Origin: Candidatus Hermodarchaeum yapensis
GTDB taxonomy: Archaea > Asgardarchaeota > Hermodarchaeia > Hermodarchaeales > Hermodarchaeaceae
Assembly: GCA_016840405.1 (NCBI GenBank)
Contig: JAEOSK010000020.1
Coordinates: forward strand, 1-47,983
Length of the DNA stretch: 47,983 bases
Direction: 5' to 3'
In this document: one piece after another, positions 18,474 through 28,714 of the stretch
Layout: the number at the start of each line of letters is the position of its first letter
Numbering within the stretch: the first letter of the stretch is position 1
The notes under the pieces: model-generated
What the model was told of the DNA's origin: nothing
Databases searched by the model: none
The model's input: the letters and a program-made list of their open reading frames with translations, nothing else
Program-made: the position numbers and the translations under genes

Positions 18474-19502
18474 TTGGGTGTTAAACTAGCGCCCCTTGTT
18501 ACTCCACAGGTGTTAACCCTAGAGGCATTGAGGGGGCGTTCTTTCGCCGTGGATGCAGCTAATCAGCTTCATCAGTTTCTAGCGTTGATTCGGACACCTG
18601 ACGGAGTGCCATTGAAAGATCGTGAGGGGCGCGTGACATCGCATTTGGTGGGACTCCTATATCGAACAACACGGCTTATCACGGAGTATGATTTGAAACT
18701 TATTTTCGTCTTTGATGGGAAACCTCCTGATTTGAAATCAGACGAAATTGAAAAACGTCGGGAGCAACGGACTCGGGCAGAACACGAATATCAGGAAGCG
18801 GTAGCGAAGGGGGATATGAAAACTGCCTGGTCGAAGGCAGTGGCTACAGGGCGTCTAACTCGTTCAATGGCTGAAGAAGCCCAACAGGTATTAGCTTACC
18901 TGGGCATTCCCTACGTTCAAGCACCTGGCGAAGGAGAAGCCCAAGCGGCCTATATGGTTCAACGGGGAGATGCCTGGGCCACAGCAAGCCGTGATTTTGA
19001 TACACTCCTTTTTGGGACCCCCAGACTTTTGCGCTACCTCACTCTTACTGGAAGAAAACGACTTCCTAGTAAAGGCACTTCTGTTCCCCTCCAACCCGAA
19101 CTCATCGACTTGAATAAATTCCTCTCAGAGTATAATATCAGTCGTGAACAATTGGTTGATATGGCGCTTCTCATTGGAACTGATTTTAATTCTGGCGTAC
19201 CGCAAATTGGTCCGAAAACTGCGTTGAAACTAATCGTGGAAAACAATACCTTGGATAATCTGCCTGGTAAAATCTTAGAACAGCTTCCACCCAATTATCA
19301 TAAAATACGAAGAATTTTCTTAGACCATCCTATCTCAGATGAGTATGATATTGCACCAAAGCCCATCGACAAGGACGGGTTGATTCAATTTCTTTGCCAT
19401 GAGCGAGGATTCTCAGAAACTCGCGTAACGAATGTTGTAGATCGTTTGTTGAAAGCCAAAGAGGGTCAACAGCAACAAAGCCTCGATGCCTGGTCTGGCT
19501 AA
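18474..19502 (+). CDS. fen: Flap endonuclease 1
   Basis: TTG-start MGVKL; AVDAANQLHQFL; VFDGKPP; EGEAQAA; SRDFD; LIGTDFN H3TH; C-terminal PIP box QQSLDAW. Confidence 0.97.
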   Translation: MGVKLAPLVTPQVLTLEALRGRSFAVDAANQLHQFLALIRTPDGVPLKDREGRVTSHLVGLLYRTTRLITEYDLKLIFVFDGKPPDLKSDEIEKRREQRTRAEHEYQEAVAKGDMKTAWSKAVATGRLTRSMAEEAQQVLAYLGIPYVQAPGEGEAQAAYMVQRGDAWATASRDFDTLLFGTPRLLRYLTLTGRKRLPSKGTSVPLQPELIDLNKFLSEYNISREQLVDMALLIGTDFNSGVPQIGPKTALKLIVENNTLDNLPGKILEQLPPNYHKIRRIFLDHPISDEYDIAPKPIDKDGLIQFLCHERGFSETRVTNVVDRLLKAKEGQQQQSLDAWSG

Positions 19503-19511
19503 TCTTTTGGG

Positions 19512-21116
19512 TTATAGTGAGAGAAGGCTTGTCCAATAGTCAGCTACTTGTTCTCTCGTTTCATAGGTTAAGAGTCCATAATTGGCTAGTTGTCGAGTAC
19601 CACGTTGAACGTGTTCAGTACTGAAAGGTCGAGTGATCCAATCCGCTCCGCGAGCTTTGTCATCCAGCGTCTGTCGGAACAGGGGGCTAGCTCTGATTTC
19701 AGTTCGAAGCAACTGAATCAATTGTTCTCCAAAAACGTCATCATAAAATTTCACGCTGTATTGGGTTTGGGACCCTTCATTGAGCCGGAGTGGAGGAATC
19801 ACACCATATCGTCCCTCACCTTGACCAATTTTTACAGCAAAAATCGGGATAACTAACCGCATAAGTGGCAGATATCCTTGCAATGTGTCAGCTGGGGCAC
19901 TGATGGTCTCAAATTGTTGCTGCTCGCCTTCAAGTTGGTCTCTTAGCTTCTTGGTGGCACCCTTCAATTCAGTGTGTAACTTTACTGTTGCTTCCCGAAC
20001 CATGCTTAGTTCAGCTAGTTGAGCATCAGTGGCTTCCTCTTCTCTGGGTTGCCGCGTGTACGTTATTGTCCCACTGGGGAACGGCGAAGGGCTAGGTGCT
20101 GCTGGCTGTAACAATGGCTCCTCCTGACCCCACTGAGACTGAAGCTTAGCTTCATGAAGTTGCTCGCTTTTTTGTTCAAGATTTTTAATGGCTTGTTGGA
20201 TAATCTCTTGAAATGCACTTGTCGTGTTCTGCAATTCAAGTAAACGTGTTTTTACATTTGCCAGATGCCATTCGGCTTCTATGGGTTTAGTTTGAATTTG
20301 ACTAACTAATCGGCGACACTGCTCGGACGAAACCCCGAGTGATTTTTCTAACTGGCTAATTAAACCAACAAGCTCGCCGGAAATCCGTTCCTTTGTTTGG
20401 TCCAACTCCAGAGAAGGCTCCTCCGCGAAAAATGATGGGTCCGGTTCACTTTCAATATGTGGTGCCTCCCATCGAAGAGTCGCCCCTGGAGACATCCGAT
20501 CCTGTCGGGCATCAAGGAGACGAATCTGTTCATCTACAAATTCATCAATCAAAATCTCTGCTTGACCTAACTGGGCAAGTTCGTCGTCAAGCCGTGCTCG
20601 TTCGTTCCGAAATAGAATTCCTACATCATGAATCTCTTTGGTCGAAAGACGTGAGCTTAAACAAACATCTTCTCGGGGTGGTGCTATAGCTGAATCAACG
20701 AGTAGTCGCAATGTTTCAATCATGGTTGGTAACATGGCATTACGAATGACAATCAATTCACTAGTCGGCTTCTCAAAGGTTTGAATAAATTCCCCTAGGA
20801 GCTTTGGAACCAGCTCCATTTTCTCGATACTACGAAGTTTTTCTCGCATCTGAACAAGCGAAGGAATTGAGGAGTGACGAACCGAAATGGTAGGTTCCCC
20901 GACTCCACTGATTATTAAACTCCGACCTGGTAAGGCATGAACCAAGAAGAAAGGCACGTATACTCGGGATAAATACACATAGGGAATGGGTTCTTGCACT
21001 TGTGTTCGTAAATACATTAGAGCAGAAACCAAATCAGCTTCTGGTGTGGACGAAAAGCCATTCTTCATGGCTTCAGGAGGACCCTGAATAAATGAAGCAA
21101 CCTTTGTAATGGCCAC
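19512..21116 (-). CDS. Hypothetical coiled-coil protein
   Basis: Long central heptad-rich region flanked by two similar beta motifs; GTG start after GGGGTGG. Confidence 0.75.
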   Translation of the reverse strand: MAITKVASFIQGPPEAMKNGFSSTPEADLVSALMYLRTQVQEPIPYVYLSRVYVPFFLVHALPGRSLIISGVGEPTISVRHSSIPSLVQMREKLRSIEKMELVPKLLGEFIQTFEKPTSELIVIRNAMLPTMIETLRLLVDSAIAPPREDVCLSSRLSTKEIHDVGILFRNERARLDDELAQLGQAEILIDEFVDEQIRLLDARQDRMSPGATLRWEAPHIESEPDPSFFAEEPSLELDQTKERISGELVGLISQLEKSLGVSSEQCRRLVSQIQTKPIEAEWHLANVKTRLLELQNTTSAFQEIIQQAIKNLEQKSEQLHEAKLQSQWGQEEPLLQPAAPSPSPFPSGTITYTRQPREEEATDAQLAELSMVREATVKLHTELKGATKKLRDQLEGEQQQFETISAPADTLQGYLPLMRLVIPIFAVKIGQGEGRYGVIPPLRLNEGSQTQYSVKFYDDVFGEQLIQLLRTEIRASPLFRQTLDDKARGADWITRPFSTEHVQRGTRQLANYGLLTYETREQVADYWTSLLSL

Positions 21117-21234
21117 TTTGCCACCCCAGGATAATAAGCCTACCCGCAAATTGAACAACACAGGGCGAAGTATAATCTTTTTGGCTAAGGTCTTCAACAA
21201 GGTTAGAAAAATAATTCTTCGGAATTGAATTCAA

Positions 21235-22605
21235 ATGACACAAAAGATACTGATAATTGGTTGTGGCACAGCCGGCGCGGCTGCAACGTTAATGGCGAGA
21301 AAAACTAATCGCAAAGCTGAAATCACAATACTCCAAAACGAATCACTACCCGAATACAGTCGATGCGGCTTACCCTATACCATCAATCGCAAAATACCCC
21401 AACTTGAAGATGTTATCATTCACCCCAACTCGTTTTATACTGGAAAACTCATCCGAGCCGACCTCCAGTTGAACACAGAAGCAACGAAAGTCGATATAAA
21501 GGCTAAGAATGTCACCACAAAAGATAACCAAGGGCAAACCAACACCCTTCCTTTCGACTCTCTGGTTTTTGCTACTGGTACACAACCTAGTATTCCACCA
21601 ATTGATGGACTTGATGCATCACATGTTCATCGACTTCATACATTCGAAGACGCTCGACAATTGCAAACCCTCGCAAAGAAAGGAACTGAAGTTGCAATAA
21701 TCGGCGCGGGGCTAGTCGGACTCGAAACTGCTGAAGCCTTTCACACTCTAGGCTTGAACGTCACAGTCATCGAGTTCCTCAACCAAGTTCTCCCCGCCAT
21801 GATCGACGAAGAGCTAGGGTTCATCGTCAAAGAACAAATGGAAGCCAAAGGGGTCACAGTCAAACTAGGAACTGCTGCAAAAGCAGTCGCAAAATCCCAT
21901 GTCTTGGTTGCGGATCGAGAAACCCAGAATGAAGAGAAAATTCCTGCTAGCTTAGTGGTTGTTGCTACAGGTGTGCGAGCGAATACAACATTAGCCAAAG
22001 AGAGTGGCATCAAAATTGGTGAACGTGGGGGCATTTTGGTGGACAATCGAATGGAAACCAACGTCAAAGACATCTATGCTGCAGGAGATTGTGCCGAACA
22101 CCTTGATTTGGTAACACAACAGTCAATCGTTTCCGGTCTTGGTTCCATAGCATTAAGGCAAGGGGAAGTAGCAGGAGTTAATGCAGCCGGAGGTAGTGCA
22201 GAACTACCTGGCGTTGTCTTGGCTAGAACAACTCATCTCTTCGGGTTAGAAATCGCCGGAGTTGGTCCCACACGTGTCGCCGCTGATCGTGCTAACCTCC
22301 CAATATTAGCTGGCAAATTCAAAGGGATGCCCACCGCCGAATACTATCCCAGTGACGAAGAAGTTACAGTCAAACTCTTAGCAAATAAAGAAACAGGACG
22401 ATTCCTTGGCGGACAAGTCGTTGGACCATGTGCCCATCAACGCGTGAACGTCCTCAGCGCTGCGCTCTCAACAAATATGACAATTCGACAAGTAGCAGAT
22501 CTCGAAACCTGTTATGCTCCCCCGGTTGCCCCAATTCGTGAACCAGTAACGCTCGCTGCCCAAATCCTAGCTCTACGTTTCGAAAAGATGAAACAACGAA
22601 AATAA
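21235..22605 (+). CDS. CoA-disulfide reductase / NADH oxidase family flavoprotein
   Basis: IIGCGTAG FAD motif, YSRCGLPY redox Cys, IIGAGLVGLE NAD(P)H motif, YAAGDC, ETCYAPP. Confidence 0.93.
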   Translation: MTQKILIIGCGTAGAAATLMARKTNRKAEITILQNESLPEYSRCGLPYTINRKIPQLEDVIIHPNSFYTGKLIRADLQLNTEATKVDIKAKNVTTKDNQGQTNTLPFDSLVFATGTQPSIPPIDGLDASHVHRLHTFEDARQLQTLAKKGTEVAIIGAGLVGLETAEAFHTLGLNVTVIEFLNQVLPAMIDEELGFIVKEQMEAKGVTVKLGTAAKAVAKSHVLVADRETQNEEKIPASLVVVATGVRANTTLAKESGIKIGERGGILVDNRMETNVKDIYAAGDCAEHLDLVTQQSIVSGLGSIALRQGEVAGVNAAGGSAELPGVVLARTTHLFGLEIAGVGPTRVAADRANLPILAGKFKGMPTAEYYPSDEEVTVKLLANKETGRFLGGQVVGPCAHQRVNVLSAALSTNMTIRQVADLETCYAPPVAPIREPVTLAAQILALRFEKMKQRK

Positions 22606-22623
22606 GAACCAAAAACCAACCAT

Positions 22624-23073
22624 TCACTCACTTTGCTTTAACTTCTCTATGGCTAAAGCCACTCCTTGAATTATCGCTTCGGGCTTAGGTGGACAACCCG
22701 GAACATACACATCTACTGGGATTGCTGTATCCACACCACCTACAATTGTATGAGTCTCTTCGATGTTTGCCCCTTCTCCTTCAACAAAAATCCCTCCAGT
22801 ACACGCACAAGTTCCTAATGCAATAACCTTCTTTGGAGCAAGCATCTGATCAAAAATCCGTTTCACAAAGACCTTCGAGTGTTTGGACACACAACCATTC
22901 GTTATGAGAATATCTGCATGACGAGGATTTTGTTTCCACAGCACCCCTAGACGCTCAACATCGAATCGAGGTGTCAATACATCCAGAACCTCAATATCAC
23001 AGTTATTACAGCCACCCGCATGGAGGACAGCTATCCAAGGCGATTTTCCACGAGCCCAGCTCATAATACCCAT
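22624..23073 (-). CDS. Group 4 [NiFe]-hydrogenase small subunit (NuoB/EchC/MbhJ-like)
   Basis: GGCNNCDIE, PRHADIL, GTCACTGG, VPGCPP. Confidence 0.95.
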   Translation of the reverse strand: MGIMSWARGKSPWIAVLHAGGCNNCDIEVLDVLTPRFDVERLGVLWKQNPRHADILITNGCVSKHSKVFVKRIFDQMLAPKKVIALGTCACTGGIFVEGEGANIEETHTIVGGVDTAIPVDVYVPGCPPKPEAIIQGVALAIEKLKQSE

Positions 23074-23085
23074 CCATCTTCCACC

Positions 23086-23670
23086 TCAATATCGCAAGTC
23101 CTTCAGGTCCTTGGTGCTCATCGTTCCCTTCAACACGAAGACTCGTTGAGCAAATACTAGCAACACCAGAATGAGAATGCTCGAAAAGAACATCAACATT
23201 GCTTCAATCATAATATCGAACCCAGGAATTAGCAAATGAATCGAACAAATCAAAATCGATAAGCTAGCCACGCTCTTTCTCAAATCGGTCTTGGTCAACA
23301 GTCCAAAGACCCCAATCATGATTAATACCCATTCTATCCCACCAACACCCAGAACGTTAAACGAGATGACATATGTGATAATTCCAAACACAAAGAGTAA
23401 ACCAATAGAAAAAACAGGGTGCATGAGGGGCGGCTCTTCCGATTGTTTTGTATGAACCGTTGTAATGAAAATAGCGATTGGAACGAGAACGATTGCATAA
23501 ATGGCAAGGGGAATTATTTCCATGAAGGTCCCTTCAAGAAATGCTCCAATGATGAAAAAGGCACCGAGAATCCCGAGCAAAACAGTGACAATCCGAAAAT
23601 CGCGGATTTCAATGATGGCAACTGCTATGATAAGAATGATCAGTCCAATAATCAGATTCAGGTCTCCCAC
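23086..23670 (-). CDS. Membrane subunit of hydrogenase complex (HyfE/NuoJK-like)
   Basis: About 7 TM helices, ending LKDLRY; inside the operon; GTG start overlaps upstream stop. Confidence 0.75.
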   Translation of the reverse strand: MGDLNLIIGLIILIIAVAIIEIRDFRIVTVLLGILGAFFIIGAFLEGTFMEIIPLAIYAIVLVPIAIFITTVHTKQSEEPPLMHPVFSIGLLFVFGIITYVISFNVLGVGGIEWVLIMIGVFGLLTKTDLRKSVASLSILICSIHLLIPGFDIMIEAMLMFFSSILILVLLVFAQRVFVLKGTMSTKDLKDLRY

Positions 23671-24224
23671 CTCTGCGAATAATACTTCTGAGTATGCGTA
23701 TTCAACTGGTAACTTAACTTTCTCCGACAATCAACACAAAGATTCTCATACTTGGCAAGATCAGCTGCTACTTCATCCACAATTCGAGGATCGATGTTTT
23801 CCAAAATGCGTTCCTTCACTTTTGCTAAGTGTTCTTTTGTAGATACAACTGCATTGCATTCCTTACATCGAACTAGTTTGAACTCGATTGAGACATCTGC
23901 CTCCTTCTTATCATAAGCAGCCAGTTCAAACCTATCAGAAAGAGCAATACCATCTTCTGGGCAAATGTCCTCACAGCGACCACAGAATATACATCTGGGG
24001 TAATGAATACTTAGTCGGCGAGTTTTTCCTTTATCTTCAATGGAAATCGCTTTAGCGGAACAGCACACCGCACAGGCACCACAACCAATGCAGTTATCGT
24101 CTTTGAACTGGGGAAGTCCACGAATGCCAGGTGGAACATGACTGGGCGGACCATGAGGATATTTCGTAGTAGCTGGCTTGAAGAGAGCCTTCAATGCTTC
24201 CTTAATTGCTGTAATTTTAACCAT
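23658..24224 (-). CDS. NuoI/HycF-like 2[4Fe-4S] subunit with extra Cys pairs
   Basis: CIGCGACAVCC, CIFCGRCEDICP, CKEC, CVDC. Confidence 0.93.
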   Translation of the reverse strand: MVKITAIKEALKALFKPATTKYPHGPPSHVPPGIRGLPQFKDDNCIGCGACAVCCSAKAISIEDKGKTRRLSIHYPRCIFCGRCEDICPEDGIALSDRFELAAYDKKEADVSIEFKLVRCKECNAVVSTKEHLAKVKERILENIDPRIVDEVAADLAKYENLCVDCRRKLSYQLNTHTQKYYSQRWET

Positions 24225-24225
24225 T

Positions 24226-25206
24226 TCAGAATCCCACCACAATTCGGATCAAGGAAATGAGAGCGAAAGCCAAGCACACTGTCAGGAACCACTTGAACAC
24301 ATGGCTAATCCGATATCGAGCACTAGCTACGTGAATTATTGTCATTATGATGGTAATGCTGAGACACTTGAGGAGAAAGACTAGAATACTAATTGGAAAA
24401 ATCAGACCCGAGCCTCCCCCCAGGTAGAGGTCAACAAAGAGGGCGGTGAAGACATAAAATCGAAAGAGTCGAGCTAGCTCAAAGATTCCTAATAATGGTC
24501 CTCCATATTCGGTAAGTGGTCCAGCAAAGATTTCTTGCTCAGCCTCAGGAATATCGCCAAAGGGTCGCATCCACGATTTCGTCAGTAATGCCAGGAAAAG
24601 GGCTAAGGCTGCGAATGGATAGTGGAAAATAAACCAATTCGGAAGAACGGTCCACAAGAAATTACCCTCCTGAGCTAAGATGACATCGGTAATTGAGAGT
24701 GTGAAACCGTAACCACCGCGAGCCAGAGCAAGGGGCGGAATGAGAATCGCAATAGCAAGAGGAAGTTCCACACTGAGAATAATCGCAACTTCTCGACTCG
24801 CCCCGATCTTTCCCCAAGGTGAACCAGATGCCCATCCTGCAATGACAAAGGCGAGAGAGAACATCACGGAAAAGTAGAGAACCACAATAAGGTCCCACGA
24901 CAGGGGACCAGGCCAGTAAGGGATTCCCGGGGGAATCATAAAGCTGAGAATGAGGATCGCGCTTAACGCTACTAAGGGTGAAAGAATATACAGAAATTTA
25001 TTGGCTAAACACGGAATGAAACGTTCCTTACCAAATAATTTGATAATGTCTGCGACTGGTTGAACCAAAGGAGGTCCACGTCTAGCCTGTAATCGTGCGG
25101 ATAATTTTCGAAATACCCAAGCGCCTACCCAACTGAAAAAGAAGGCTAGTCCAATTGCTGCAAAATAAAGCCCTAAGATGAATAGAAAGTCCACAAGTGT
25201 TACCAT
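24226..25206 (-). CDS. NuoH/HycD-like membrane subunit
   Basis: RKLSARLQARRGPP...QPVADIIKLFGKE, GASRE, PEAEQE, GPLTEYGG; TAATG coupling with upstream gene. Confidence 0.95.
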   Translation of the reverse strand: MVTLVDFLFILGLYFAAIGLAFFFSWVGAWVFRKLSARLQARRGPPLVQPVADIIKLFGKERFIPCLANKFLYILSPLVALSAILILSFMIPPGIPYWPGPLSWDLIVVLYFSVMFSLAFVIAGWASGSPWGKIGASREVAIILSVELPLAIAILIPPLALARGGYGFTLSITDVILAQEGNFLWTVLPNWFIFHYPFAALALFLALLTKSWMRPFGDIPEAEQEIFAGPLTEYGGPLLGIFELARLFRFYVFTALFVDLYLGGGSGLIFPISILVFLLKCLSITIIMTIIHVASARYRISHVFKWFLTVCLAFALISLIRIVVGF

Positions 25207-27053
25207 TATATCCACCCCAGGAATAGCCACAAGAGGAGCAGTAGTGCAAATAAGACAAACCAAAGTACATACATGTTGGCTAGGCCCGTGTGAGTCTTTC
25301 TCACACTATTCAACAACGATCGGAAAGGATATGCAAACACTGTCGATGAAGGTCTCACCTCATCCACTTTCAAATACGGATCATGTAATGCACCCCCAGT
25401 CATAGGCATGGTCTTATCGTCGGCTTCAACGGGTTGAACTCCCCATCGGAATCGATAGAGTACATACCCAACTACTAGACCCATGAACAATAACGTGGCA
25501 AGTAGAAAGACATCCAAGGAGACCCAGATCAAAGGATTTACCGGTGGAGGTATTGCCGCTGGTAATAGTGGATATGTTGCAGGATAGATTAAGAATCCAA
25601 GTGCCAGTTGGGGAAAAATACCGAAGAGAATACAGCCTGCTGCAAGTATCAGTGATGGGGCTACCATGCTTTTTGGTGCTGAGTGCACATCAGCATACGT
25701 CTCAGGAGCATGACCTAAGAATACGGAACATAACATGCGGAGGAAAACTCCGAAAGTTAATGCAGAAGTGAAAATCGCTATGAGCGCAAAAGTAGGCTGT
25801 CCCGCTGCTATACACGCATTATAAACCATCCATTTGCTAACAAAACCGTTTAGTAAGGGAACACCAGCGATCGCTAAAGATCCAATTAGCATAACATATC
25901 CTGTACGGGGCATGGCGTGGAGCAATCCACCTAACTTGTTGATATCACGAGTACCAGTTTCATGTTCAATTGCTCCTGCACTAAAGAACAGGACTGATTT
26001 GAAAAGGCTATGATTTAGCAAGTGGAAAAGACCCGCTGCGATTCCGCCTGCAGCAACAACGAGCCAAACGGGATCGGCAAAAAGAGTGTTGGAAGTTATT
26101 GCTAGTCCGCCGATACCCAAACCAAGAATTACATAACCCATTTGACTGACACTATCAAAGGCGAGAAGACGTTTCAGATCGTTTTGAGCGAAGGCGATGA
26201 TTACGCAAATAAGCATGGTGAGTACGCCAAGGATGCAAATTATGAGCCAGAAATTTATGCTGATGAAAAGCGAATAGAACATAAGAAGGACAAGGAACGC
26301 CGGCATTCCAGCGACTTTGATCATCATTGCATGCAGTAAAGTGCTAATGGGTGCTGGTGCAGCTGTGGATGCATCAGGAAGCCAGGTATGAATGGGAAAG
26401 GAAGGAACCTTTACAAGAAAACCGAGGAATATCAAAAAAATCGCAAGCTTACCTATGAACCCAAGAAGCAATCCAGAAGCGATCAGGAAATCAATACTAA
26501 ACACTCCAATTCCTGCAAACCCACTGATCTGAGCTTCTTGGTAAATTAAACCAAGTCCGACCACCCCAAAAAAGGAAGCAAAGATTTGAATAACGAAATA
26601 CTTCAAGGCGCCTTCGTATGATGTAGCTTTCAAATAATGAGCAATTAGTGGAGCTGAACTGATAGTGGCAAGCTCAGCAAACAAGAAGACCCAAAGAAGG
26701 TTCCAACTATAAGCCATGCCCACTAAGCTACCTAAAGTCAGAAGCACGAAAAAGCTGTAGTAACCTCTTCGTTTCTCAATATATTTGATCGAATAAACCA
26801 CAACGAGGAAGCCAATGAAAGTGGCAATGAGGGCGATTAAGTTCGTATACCCGTTGACAGTAAAGCTGAAACCTAACAAACTTGGAAGGCTAATCAGTAG
26901 AGGCAAATAAAAGAAATTGAATATCACGACAAAGAGTGCAACTCCCGTGGCTAGAACTGCTACGATATCGTTAGCTCTCGTAATTTTCATCCCAAGGAGA
27001 GAAAGGGCTGCGGCTATGTAGAATATTACAACGATGATGGTTGGGTCTATCAT
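25206..27053 (-). CDS. NuoL/M/HyfB/MrpD-like ion-translocating subunit
   Basis: PIHTWLPDA, APAPISTLLH, DLKRLLAF, NHSLFKSVLF, GGL, PLLNGFVSKW. Confidence 0.95.
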   Translation of the reverse strand: MIDPTIIVVIFYIAAALSLLGMKITRANDIVAVLATGVALFVVIFNFFYLPLLISLPSLLGFSFTVNGYTNLIALIATFIGFLVVVYSIKYIEKRRGYYSFFVLLTLGSLVGMAYSWNLLWVFLFAELATISSAPLIAHYLKATSYEGALKYFVIQIFASFFGVVGLGLIYQEAQISGFAGIGVFSIDFLIASGLLLGFIGKLAIFLIFLGFLVKVPSFPIHTWLPDASTAAPAPISTLLHAMMIKVAGMPAFLVLLMFYSLFISINFWLIICILGVLTMLICVIIAFAQNDLKRLLAFDSVSQMGYVILGLGIGGLAITSNTLFADPVWLVVAAGGIAAGLFHLLNHSLFKSVLFFSAGAIEHETGTRDINKLGGLLHAMPRTGYVMLIGSLAIAGVPLLNGFVSKWMVYNACIAAGQPTFALIAIFTSALTFGVFLRMLCSVFLGHAPETYADVHSAPKSMVAPSLILAAGCILFGIFPQLALGFLIYPATYPLLPAAIPPPVNPLIWVSLDVFLLATLLFMGLVVGYVLYRFRWGVQPVEADDKTMPMTGGALHDPYLKVDEVRPSSTVFAYPFRSLLNSVRKTHTGLANMYVLWFVLFALLLLLWLFLGWI

Positions 27054-27055
27054 TG

Positions 27056-28282
27056 TTATTTCATCCGAAAGCGCTTGGATACTTCCCGCAACGTGTTAGT
27101 TGATTGTGTCCTTGTTGTCTGGTCGGTAATTGTGGTTAATCGATCTGTACAAGCCATGCACGGATCGACTGATGCTACAGTTATTGGGACATCCGCCAAA
27201 TCCTGTCCACGCAACATGAAGAGCAGTGCATAATCGTTCAAATAGGAAGGTGTGCGAACTCTCGCCCTTTCAGGGGTGTTGGTTCCGTTTGAAACCAGAT
27301 AATACAGGAGTTCACCTCGTGGTGCTTCAACGCGACCGACTGCCTCTCCCGGAGGGAATTCTGTTACTTCTGCTCTAATGGGTCCACTTGTAGTTTTGAG
27401 TTTATCTAAGCAATATTGACTAATCTTCACAGATTCTACCAATTCACCCAAGCGAACCAGCGCCATGGAAAAGATGTCTCCATCCTCGGCGGTAATTACA
27501 TCGAATGGGACTTCATCGTATGCGTCGTAAGGATCGTCCTTTCGAACATCGATTTTCATTCCAACGGATCGAGCAACCGGACCGACCACACAGATCTTTT
27601 TCGCAATCTCTTTATCCAATGTTCCGATACCCACGGTTCGCGCATGAATGCCTCCATCCTCTAACACTGCCTTAGTCGCAGTCACGGTGGCTTTGTAGAG
27701 AACTTTAAGTTTCTCTTCAATTTTTGGAATCATGTCTTTGTCAATGTCTCTGCGTACTCCACCAATGGTATTCATGGCATAATGTTGTCGATTCCCTGAA
27801 ATGGATTCCAGTACGTCCAGGACGTGTTCACGGTCCCGCCATATCAACATGAACAAAGTCTTGAATCCAATAAGTTCCATTCCAACACCTGCCCAGAGTA
27901 AGTGACTGTGGATTCGTTCCAGTTCCGCCATGAGGGTTCGGATATAACGTGCGCGATCAGGAAGCTCAATTTCACCAAGCATTTCAACCGTACGTGTATA
28001 CGCCGTAGTATGCGCAGCACTGCAAATGCCACACACCCGTTCGAAGAGGTAGAGATTTTGCCAATAGCTCCGATCTTCGGCGAGCTTCATGATTCCCCGA
28101 TAGTTGTATCCCAATTTCAGATCCACATCTAATACCTTTTCACCTTCCACTTTCAGTTTGAAGTATTCACCTTCAAGTAAGGCGGGATGGAAGGGTCCCA
28201 GAGGTACAACATATTCAGGGGCTACAACGTCGTCAATTTGCATTGGGATGGTTTTCTTCTTGGTTTCTTTCTTTTTTGTCAT
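27056..28282 (-). CDS. Group 4 [NiFe]-hydrogenase large subunit
   Basis: GPFHPALLE; L1 ERVCGICSAAH; L2 DPCMACTDR followed by a C-terminal extension; all four Ni-ligand Cys present. Confidence 0.95.
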   Translation of the reverse strand: MTKKKETKKKTIPMQIDDVVAPEYVVPLGPFHPALLEGEYFKLKVEGEKVLDVDLKLGYNYRGIMKLAEDRSYWQNLYLFERVCGICSAAHTTAYTRTVEMLGEIELPDRARYIRTLMAELERIHSHLLWAGVGMELIGFKTLFMLIWRDREHVLDVLESISGNRQHYAMNTIGGVRRDIDKDMIPKIEEKLKVLYKATVTATKAVLEDGGIHARTVGIGTLDKEIAKKICVVGPVARSVGMKIDVRKDDPYDAYDEVPFDVITAEDGDIFSMALVRLGELVESVKISQYCLDKLKTTSGPIRAEVTEFPPGEAVGRVEAPRGELLYYLVSNGTNTPERARVRTPSYLNDYALLFMLRGQDLADVPITVASVDPCMACTDRLTTITDQTTRTQSTNTLREVSKRFRMK

Positions 28283-28714
28283 CTAACCCACTTCCTCCAA
28301 AGGCCATGCATAGGGAAGAAACAGTTTCCGGGGATCGGGATGACCTTCAAACTTGATTCCCATAAGATCCATCAATTCGCGTTCAGCCCAATTGGCAGAC
28401 CAAGCAATATTGGTAATTGAATCAATGACTGGATTTTTTCTAGGCAGTCGGACTTTCATAGAGATATGAAGGCGTTGTTCTTGGTGTGAAAAATCAAAAT
28501 GATATACAATGTCAAATCCTTGGATGCCCTCATCATTGGCTGAGATGGCAACTAATTTTCCTTCTAATTTCTTTACTAAAAGTTGAGTGATTTCTTTGAT
28601 TCGGGTTGGCTGGGACCGAATAAAAAAGCGGTTATAGTGGTCGCAGTGCTCTTCCATGTAATCCTTTTTCAACAGCTTCTTCAATTGCCCACGAATTTCA
28701 TCCATTCGTCCCAT
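28283..28714 (-). CDS. NuoC/MbhK-like subunit
   Basis: IVYHF, SITNI, ANWAERELMDLMGIKFEGHPDPRKLFLP. Confidence 0.95.
   Translation of the reverse strand: MGRMDEIRGQLKKLLKKDYMEEHCDHYNRFFIRSQPTRIKEITQLLVKKLEGKLVAISANDEGIQGFDIVYHFDFSHQEQRLHISMKVRLPRKNPVIDSITNIAWSANWAERELMDLMGIKFEGHPDPRKLFLPYAWPLEEVG

Noticed and set aside
22624-28714. Respiratory complex I / Fpo / Mbx annotation
   Set aside because: The large subunit retains both CxxC Ni-binding motifs, so it is a true group 4 hydrogenase.
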